In this document: positions 46,422 through 52,710 of the stretch, piece by piece
Layout: every line of letters starts with the position of its first letter
Position numbering within the stretch: the first letter of the stretch is position 1
Source of the DNA: an uncultured Sphaerochaeta sp.
Lineage (GTDB): Bacteria; Spirochaetota; Spirochaetia; Sphaerochaetales; Sphaerochaetaceae
Direction: 5' to 3'
Length of the DNA stretch: 52,710 bases
Assembly (NCBI GenBank): GCA_964588005.1
Contig: CAZPOJ010000001.1
Location: forward strand, 1 to 52,710
Notes under the pieces: generated by a model
The model's database searches: none
Seen by the model: the letters and a program-made list of their open reading frames with translations, nothing else
Told to the model about the DNA's origin: nothing
Made by a program: the position numbers and the translations under genes

Positions 46422-46481
46422 AGATATAGAGGGGATAAGGTTCTGGTCAGGATGACCATCTCCTTATCCCCTTTCTTATCT
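46422..46481. terminator. Long inverted repeat between convergent metK and the giant repeat gene
   Basis: AGGGGATAAGG (46430-46440) pairs with CCTTATCCCCT (46462-46472), with inner TGGTCA-gga-TGACCA and outer AGATA/TATCT. Confidence 0.6.
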
Positions 46482-46489
46482 AAAGAAGA

Positions 46490-49400
46490 TTAGAAATATC
46501 TTACTGCACGCACCATGAGGTTCTCTGTTTTAGTAATATAAGTTTGATATCCTCTTGGCATAGGTTTTCCATACGCATGTTCAAGTGCTGAAACTGGTCC
46601 TCCATTACGGGCTTCAGAAGAAGTCCAGTGTCGAGTTTGTACAAAACCTCCAATGGCTGATTCATTATAACCCAAAGATTCCAACTCATTCCTTGAAGGC
46701 AAGAACCAATCATTCTTACCTCCCCCCCCAAAGGAAGAGGCTAATCCTGCAGCATTATACTCGCCAGTGTCGAGCTTAAACCCTATTGCGTCTTTGATCA
46801 TTTGAGTATTACCAAATCCAGCACCATGTCTTTCAGAATCTCGACCGTTTCCTATGGAAGGGAAATTCACTCCTGCAGTTCTATCCGTTCTATAGTCCCA
46901 CCGTGTCGAACCTTGATCAGTTTCAGCAACTATCAGGCCCTTAGGTGTTCCAGAGCCATATCCAGGCCCAATATAATCTCCTGTGAAGAAACTGCCAACT
47001 ATTCCCCCTTCATAATAATCTCCCACAGCAAGATCTTTACTTCCCACCAAGATCTCCCTTTCAGGACCTGCAGGAGTAGACCCTACAGCTTTTTGCCTAA
47101 TCTTAACCTTAGTAAACAAATGAGCATTGCCAGAGACGTAGATTCTTGCTCTTCCGCGCGAATCTACCTGTAAATCACTATAGGGAGTATAGTAATTCCC
47201 ATTAAGGGCAACAGCTGCTTCAAGACCTGCCCTGTTTGCTTCAAATCCTGTCAAGTTTATAATATTTGCTAATGAAGGCGATGCTGGAAAATATGCTTCA
47301 ACTATAATGGGAAGTATAGGAACTGTAGAATCACTGGTTACTGAACCTGTATAGTTTTTCTCACCTGCCTGAGCAGTAGCAGTAACAGTTATTGTCTTGT
47401 TGCCATCTGCTGGTACCAAGGTATAGGTCTTGCCAGTTGCGCCACTGATTACAGAACCTCCACGCTTCCATTGGTAGGTAGGTTCCCCTACGATGGGCAG
47501 ATTCGTAACAGCGGTCAACGTATAGCCCACCCCCATCTCTCCTGTGATAACGACACTGCCAGTCATTACAGCTTTTTCAATGCTACCAAAGCCTATAATG
47601 GGTGAGGGAAGTGAATAGTTATGTGAATTTGCCCCTGACAGTTCAATTCCAGTCACCTCTACGTTCTTATTCACCCCTGCATCCGCAGTATCAAAGGTAA
47701 AGGTGTTTACCGTACTAGATAACCCTTCATAATCGTTTGCAACCTTCCCTCCAAAGGTCAACGTTCCTGTACCGGCTGTCGTCCCGTCATACGGCTTTGT
47801 ATCAACAGATACTGCTACAGTAAGTTCTTTTGGAGTTATTGATAACGTTGCAGACAAAGGATAGATTGGCTCGTAGTTATCACTAACAAAGTTGATAGTA
47901 GTGCTATAGGTTCCTACATTTGTTTTATCTTGGAAGGTAGCAGGAGAAACAGTCAGCCCAACAGGCAAAGCTCCATGCTCCAGTATATGATAGTTTCCAT
48001 CATACACTACTTCTTTATCGACGAAGAAGTCTGCTGGTGGACTGAATATGGCCTTATGAACAGTGAATGCATAAGGAACACTACTCTCTGATATACGATA
48101 GTTTGCTACATCATCTCCACTCAGAGTGACGGGATACACAGAGCCCTTCTGATAGCCGGCATAAGAATTTAAATAAAATCTACCTGCCACATGTACCACA
48201 TCAGTACCAACAACACCTTCTAGAGACAAGCTTGTTGTAAAGTTCGAAGTTCCATCATACACCTTATCCTCAACATGTGCTCTTACGGTAAGAAGCTTCT
48301 TCTCTACCGTCAGTGTAGCGTTCAGAGGGTCGATCGTATTGTAGCTGTTACTGTCATAACCAAAGTTGGCAGTCACCACTTGGCTTCCTGCTATCGTTCG
48401 ATCGTTGTTCTCATACGAGACAGTCACTCCACTAGGCAAAGACGACTCATTGGCTATTGTCAGCGAATGTGCCTCTCCATCATAGACAAAAGATTTATCC
48501 GAAAAACCATGATTATTCATATTGTAAGTTGCCTTAGTAATAGTACCTGTGGTCCTATACTCAAGAGGGAATGTATAGTTTGTAGTATAATTCACAAATT
48601 CATAAGCATTTAAATTGGTCACAACAACTTCCTTGTTTTCACCAACATTGGGATCACTGAAGGTAAAGGTACCTTCCAAGCTTATATCTCTTCCACTAAC
48701 CCCTCCTTCAATTGTAATTTTTCCACTACCTTCAGTCGTCCCATCATACTCTTTAGGGTATACGCTTGCTCCAGTAATAGTAAGAGGTTTCTTCTCTATT
48801 GTCAGAGTCGCAATCATGGGCCCAATCGTATTGAAGTTCTTATCGTCATACCTGAAATGAGCTTCTATCGTATACTCTCCTGCATCAACTTTATCGTTAT
48901 GATAGTAATCTCTTACAGTTACTCCCTCTGGTAAAGACCCACTTATTTCCAGCGGTTGGATTTCACCATTATAGGTGACAGTTTTATTGTTGTATGCAAC
49001 TGTGCTCATATCATATGTAGCCTTCCTGATTTCAGCACGAGGGTATGCATTAGTAGCCTTTAATGTATAGTTACCAGCTGAATCTCCAGTTAAGGTAATA
49101 TCAGTCACATCAACCGTACTATAAGGAGAGGCTTCAGCTGAACGAAATACAAAATTACCAGTAGCACCTACATCATCACCTGCAGGGGGTCCAATTTCTT
49201 CATTGTAATAGTTAACAAGGTGAATAGTTCCCGAAGCATCTGTAGTTCCGTCATAGTCCTTACCCAAAACCACTGGTTTGGGAGTTAGCCACATTGGGTC
49301 TATAGTTAGGGTTAACTGCACAGGATCCATTACTTCGTAGTTGGTCTCATCTCCCTGGAAGGAAGCTGTTACAGCATAGGTTCCAACATTGACCTGATTG

Positions 49401-52400
49401 TTATTATCACTATAGATAATCTCCAATCCGTCGGGAATGGTATATCCATTTCTAATAGAGAGGGCTGCTTGCTTAGCCGCACCAGAATAGGTGAATCTGT
49501 TTTCCCAATCTTCTACTTCATACCAGTTAGTAGAGTATTTAGCTTTTTCAATCGTAGCTGTTGTAGTTGTACTATCTGATTCCAAATAATAGTTGTTCAC
49601 ATTAGAACCAGAAATAGTGATTCCTGTTACATTCACTATTTTATTTTCGCCTGCATTAGCATCTACGAATGCAAAAGTTCCCTCAGCCGTAGCAGTATAA
49701 TATTTTACTAACCCCACAAGTTCAAGTTCTCCCCAAGCATTAGTATTCCCACTATAGGTCTTGCCACTTGCTGTTGCCTTGACTGTGAGGGGCTTTTTGT
49801 TGATCTTAGCAAAGCCTTCAAATTTATTAGGAGTGCCGCTCACATACTTATAGTTTTTGCCCTGTGCACCGCCGAGATTCCAAGAATTGATCCATACGTA
49901 TATTGGCTTCAGCTCATCAGAAGCTTGACTCGTTTCGAATTCAAATCCTTCACTCGAAAAAATAGGGACGGCTTCGTCAGTTCCAATTACTCCCTCAAGT
50001 TCAAAGGTTCCTGTAGCAGTAGTCTCTCCATCAAAAACCTTATCATTAAAGGTTACCTTTTTGATCGAAATAGGTTTTTGATTTATGTATACGGATTTTC
50101 CCACTTCATTGGGTATTTCTTCATAGTTAGCATAATCTCCATAGAAGGTAATATCTGTAGTATATCCACCATTATTGACCATCTCCTTATTACTATAGGT
50201 ATAGGTCACTCCAGCTGGTAACCCCGTAATAATCGGCCCTTGGGCCTGGCCGTTATACACTGGAGATTTATAATGAACCCAACCCCAATAGTACGTGGCT
50301 TTATTAATCGTGGCTGTAGTTGTAACTGGTTCAATAAATGTGTAGTTACTTGCATCACCCCCCCAAATCTGAACATTGCTTACAGTGACAGTTTTATCTG
50401 GACCAGCATTAGCATCTAAGAAGGTGAAGGTGGAGTTGTCAGACATTCTTATGTAATCGCCAGCGATTACTTCCTCTGGATTATGTGACAGTGTTCCGCT
50501 GGCATTTGTAGTTTTATTATAAGCCCTATTGTTGACACTTGCAGTAACCGTAAGAATTTTGGGCGTTATTGTTAACACCGCTTCCATTGCAGGGATTTCT
50601 TTATAATTACTTGACCCAGTGAAAATAGCACTAACAGTATGCCCAAGGTCTGTGACTTTTCTCTGGGAGTTGTTGTTATATCGCACACTCACCCCATTAG
50701 GTAGTGGGGAACCACCAATCTCAAGAGGGTGATATTCTCCATCATAGGTGACAGTTTTACCATCAAAGGTAACACCATCCATGTTGTATGTAGCTTTGGT
50801 AATAGACAGCACTGCTCTATCTGTACGATCAAAGCTGTAGTTTCTCGCGCTCCCTCCTGTTATGTCAATTGCGTGTGATGTCCCCGCATTGCTAGTAGTT
50901 ATAGCACCTGAAGTGGCGATGGGTGCCGTATAGGAATCGGCAGTACCGGCATCCTCACCCCCAACGAAACCAGTAACAGTAACAGCAAAGAGAGGATTTG
51001 CATCCCCATAGGTCTTTGAAGCATCTTCAACTGTTGCAGTCAGGATAGCCTTGTTGATAGTCAGAGTTGCAGTCATGGAGTCAATCACATTATAGTTGGT
51101 AGTATCATACACAAAGGATGCTACCACAGTAAGCGCACCTGCATTAGTCTGACTGTTATTGCTATAGGAAGGAACCACTCCATCAGGTAAGGTTCCATCA
51201 ATCACCAGAGAGTGTGATGTACCATCATACGTGACTGATTTGTCAGTAAAGGTAATCCCATCCATCATATGGGTAGCCTTGTTGATAGTCAGAAGTGCTG
51301 TGTCTGTAAGATTAAAGCTGTAGTTGTTTGCACTACCACCTGTGAGGGTGATTTCATACTCACCCACACTGCTGGTTTCTATGGCAGTAGTAGTAGCAAC
51401 CGGAGCACTATAGCCATTGCCAAACGTTCCGGCATCCTCACCCTCTACAAAACCCGTCACATTAATAGCAAAGACAGGATTCGCATTACCATAGATTTTA
51501 GACGTATTTTCGACTGTTGCAGTCAGGATAGCCCTTTCGATAGTTCCAATAGTCGAAGCGGTCGCAGCAACAGAGTAGTTGTCTGCTTGGGCACCAAGTA
51601 GCTGTATTCCAGTCACACTGACAGCCTTGTTGATACCTATATTTGTATTTTCGAAGGAGAAGATACCTGTAGCGCTTACAACATCCTCACCAAGTATTGC
51701 ACCATCGTTGATAGTCAGGCGTCCCTCAGCATTCGCAGTACCATCATACGTCTTGGGATCAGCTGATGCAGTCACTGCAATCTGCTTTGCAGTGATTACT
51801 CCCTTGATAATCTTGTCCTCAGGTTTCTGATACTTGTCAGCATCTTTTCCACCGAGCGTATACGTCACCACAATGTCTTTGTCTATCCCTGCTGTACTAT
51901 CGAGATACGATGCAGTTGCCGACAGGGTAACTTCATCAGATGCTACAATATTAGTCAGAGTCCCTGCAGCAGTGACTACAGCAGAGGGGCTCCTATCATA
52001 TGTTTTTTCTGTGACTACTTCTGTAGTACCAGCTTGTACGCTCAGAGGCCTCTTTGTTATTGATGCCGAATACAGCACCTCATAGACAGGACTGAAATAG
52101 TTGCCGGCATCAGAGCCTTCCAAGGTATAGGTAAAGAATATTTGCTTATCAGTGCCAAGTGAGGGACTCAAATAGAATCCACTGGAAACAACCGATACCA
52201 GATCAGTTGTATATTTTCCTTTGACAGTACCAGGTGTAAAGACAACACTGGTCTCCCCATCGTACGGCTTGCTGGTATTGGGTACTATAGGTGGAGTGAT
52301 AGAGAGTTGTTTACGGAGAACCTCCCCATCTGTGACAACGTAGTTTTCCGGTGCTGTGTATTTAGCAGCATCGGTGCCAGTAAGAGAGTAGACCACTGTT

Positions 52401-52710
52401 ATGCGCTTGTTGGGCCCTGCATTCTTGGTATCGTATGTTGCCACTGCATGCACTTGCACACTATCAGATCCGATAATCCCTTCGATAAAATTACCTGGGA
52501 ACACTATACAATCTTGTGAGCTGTTATACATTTTGGTTTTTATAAGGACAGGGTCAGAAATAGTGAGTTTCCCACTATCTATCCTACCAGTAAAGGAAGT
52601 GTTGTTCATAGGTTTACTATAGTTAGCGGCATCAGAGCCATCCAAAGAATACACTACTGTTATTAGCTTATCAGTAGTAGCGGTAGCATCGTCATAGGAA
52701 GCAGAAGCCC
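46490..52710 (-). CDS. Giant surface/adhesin-like protein with YDG and MBG repeats, an Ig-like domain and a C-terminal DUF1566 (Lcl-like) domain; 5' end outside the window
   Basis: Frame stays open to the window edge (ASASYDDATATTDKLITVVYSL...). Many KTYDG / G.DA.NY repeats and KTYGDANP MBG units. Ends GDYYEGG..GLIVA..DWFLPSRNEL..HWTSSE..VRAVRYF. Visibly AT-richer than its neighbours. Confidence 0.9.
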   Translation of the reverse strand, partial: ASASYDDATATTDKLITVVYSLDGSDAANYSKPMNNTSFTGRIDSGKLTISDPVLIKTKMYNSSQDCIVFPGNFIEGIIGSDSVQVHAVATYDTKNAGPNKRITVVYSLTGTDAAKYTAPENYVVTDGEVLRKQLSITPPIVPNTSKPYDGETSVVFTPGTVKGKYTTDLVSVVSSGFYLSPSLGTDKQIFFTYTLEGSDAGNYFSPVYEVLYSASITKRPLSVQAGTTEVVTEKTYDRSPSAVVTAAGTLTNIVASDEVTLSATASYLDSTAGIDKDIVVTYTLGGKDADKYQKPEDKIIKGVITAKQIAVTASADPKTYDGTANAEGRLTINDGAILGEDVVSATGIFSFENTNIGINKAVSVTGIQLLGAQADNYSVAATASTIGTIERAILTATVENTSKIYGNANPVFAINVTGFVEGEDAGTFGNGYSAPVATTTAIETSSVGEYEITLTGGSANNYSFNLTDTALLTINKATHMMDGITFTDKSVTYDGTSHSLVIDGTLPDGVVPSYSNNSQTNAGALTVVASFVYDTTNYNVIDSMTATLTINKAILTATVEDASKTYGDANPLFAVTVTGFVGGEDAGTADSYTAPIATSGAITTSNAGTSHAIDITGGSARNYSFDRTDRAVLSITKATYNMDGVTFDGKTVTYDGEYHPLEIGGSPLPNGVSVRYNNNSQRKVTDLGHTVSAIFTGSSNYKEIPAMEAVLTITPKILTVTASVNNRAYNKTTNASGTLSHNPEEVIAGDYIRMSDNSTFTFLDANAGPDKTVTVSNVQIWGGDASNYTFIEPVTTTATINKATYYWGWVHYKSPVYNGQAQGPIITGLPAGVTYTYSNKEMVNNGGYTTDITFYGDYANYEEIPNEVGKSVYINQKPISIKKVTFNDKVFDGETTATGTFELEGVIGTDEAVPIFSSEGFEFETSQASDELKPIYVWINSWNLGGAQGKNYKYVSGTPNKFEGFAKINKKPLTVKATASGKTYSGNTNAWGELELVGLVKYYTATAEGTFAFVDANAGENKIVNVTGITISGSNVNNYYLESDSTTTTATIEKAKYSTNWYEVEDWENRFTYSGAAKQAALSIRNGYTIPDGLEIIYSDNNNQVNVGTYAVTASFQGDETNYEVMDPVQLTLTIDPMWLTPKPVVLGKDYDGTTDASGTIHLVNYYNEEIGPPAGDDVGATGNFVFRSAEASPYSTVDVTDITLTGDSAGNYTLKATNAYPRAEIRKATYDMSTVAYNNKTVTYNGEIQPLEISGSLPEGVTVRDYYHNDKVDAGEYTIEAHFRYDDKNFNTIGPMIATLTIEKKPLTITGASVYPKEYDGTTEGSGKITIEGGVSGRDISLEGTFTFSDPNVGENKEVVVTNLNAYEFVNYTTNYTFPLEYRTTGTITKATYNMNNHGFSDKSFVYDGEAHSLTIANESSLPSGVTVSYENNDRTIAGSQVVTANFGYDSNSYNTIDPLNATLTVEKKLLTVRAHVEDKVYDGTSNFTTSLSLEGVVGTDVVHVAGRFYLNSYAGYQKGSVYPVTLSGDDVANYRISESSVPYAFTVHKAIFSPPADFFVDKEVVYDGNYHILEHGALPVGLTVSPATFQDKTNVGTYSTTINFVSDNYEPIYPLSATLSITPKELTVAVSVDTKPYDGTTAGTGTLTFGGKVANDYEGLSSTVNTFTFDTADAGVNKNVEVTGIELSGANSHNYSLPSPIIGFGSIEKAVMTGSVVITGEMGVGYTLTAVTNLPIVGEPTYQWKRGGSVISGATGKTYTLVPADGNKTITVTATAQAGEKNYTGSVTSDSTVPILPIIVEAYFPASPSLANIINLTGFEANRAGLEAAVALNGNYYTPYSDLQVDSRGRARIYVSGNAHLFTKVKIRQKAVGSTPAGPEREILVGSKDLAVGDYYEGGIVGSFFTGDYIGPGYGSGTPKGLIVAETDQGSTRWDYRTDRTAGVNFPSIGNGRDSERHGAGFGNTQMIKDAIGFKLDTGEYNAAGLASSFGGGGKNDWFLPSRNELESLGYNESAIGGFVQTRHWTSSEARNGGPVSALEHAYGKPMPRGYQTYITKTENLMVRAVRYF

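Noticed and set aside
46490-52710. A complete DGR or mobile element at the right end
   Set aside because: No reverse transcriptase, template repeat, integrase or transposase is visible in the window. It is kept only as a hypothesis about the tip domain.

Overview
Bacterial chromosomal window of mostly housekeeping and metabolic genes. Gene content and protein style suggest an anaerobic spirochaete, probably Sphaerochaeta-like (inference, not checked). Left to right: leuS, sdaA, an orphan flippase plus lipoprotein, a DAHP synthase-prephenate dehydratase fusion, nth, a methionine operon joining the methanogen-type aspartate-semialdehyde sulfurtransferase trio (DUF39, NIL-ferredoxin, ApbE-like) to metH and metF, pth, a large GH13 protein, a SNF2 ATPase coupled to an XPB-N/Helicase_C_3-like partner, gpmI, aminopeptidase P, lgt, ctpA, rsmE, an HTH-less sigma54-type AAA+ protein, a feoA-feoA-feoB-Cys-rich peptide operon, murA (Cys-to-Asp variant), a PfkB kinase, ArsR-MFS, metK, and the 3' part of a giant AT-rich YDG/MBG repeat protein ending in a DUF1566-like domain. 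The strongest non-coding signals are (1) a phased DnaA-box cluster around an AT-rich core between feoA and murA, with no dnaA in the window (candidate oriC or DARS/datA-like site); (2) a SAM-II-like riboswitch with a separate anti-SD relay upstream of metK; (3) about ten promoters whose -10 box lies 6-8 nt before an SD-less ATG, implying widespread leaderless mRNAs; and (4) twin GTTAG-N6-CTAAC operators in the feo operon. I saw no rRNA, tRNA, CRISPR array, transposase or reverse transcriptase.
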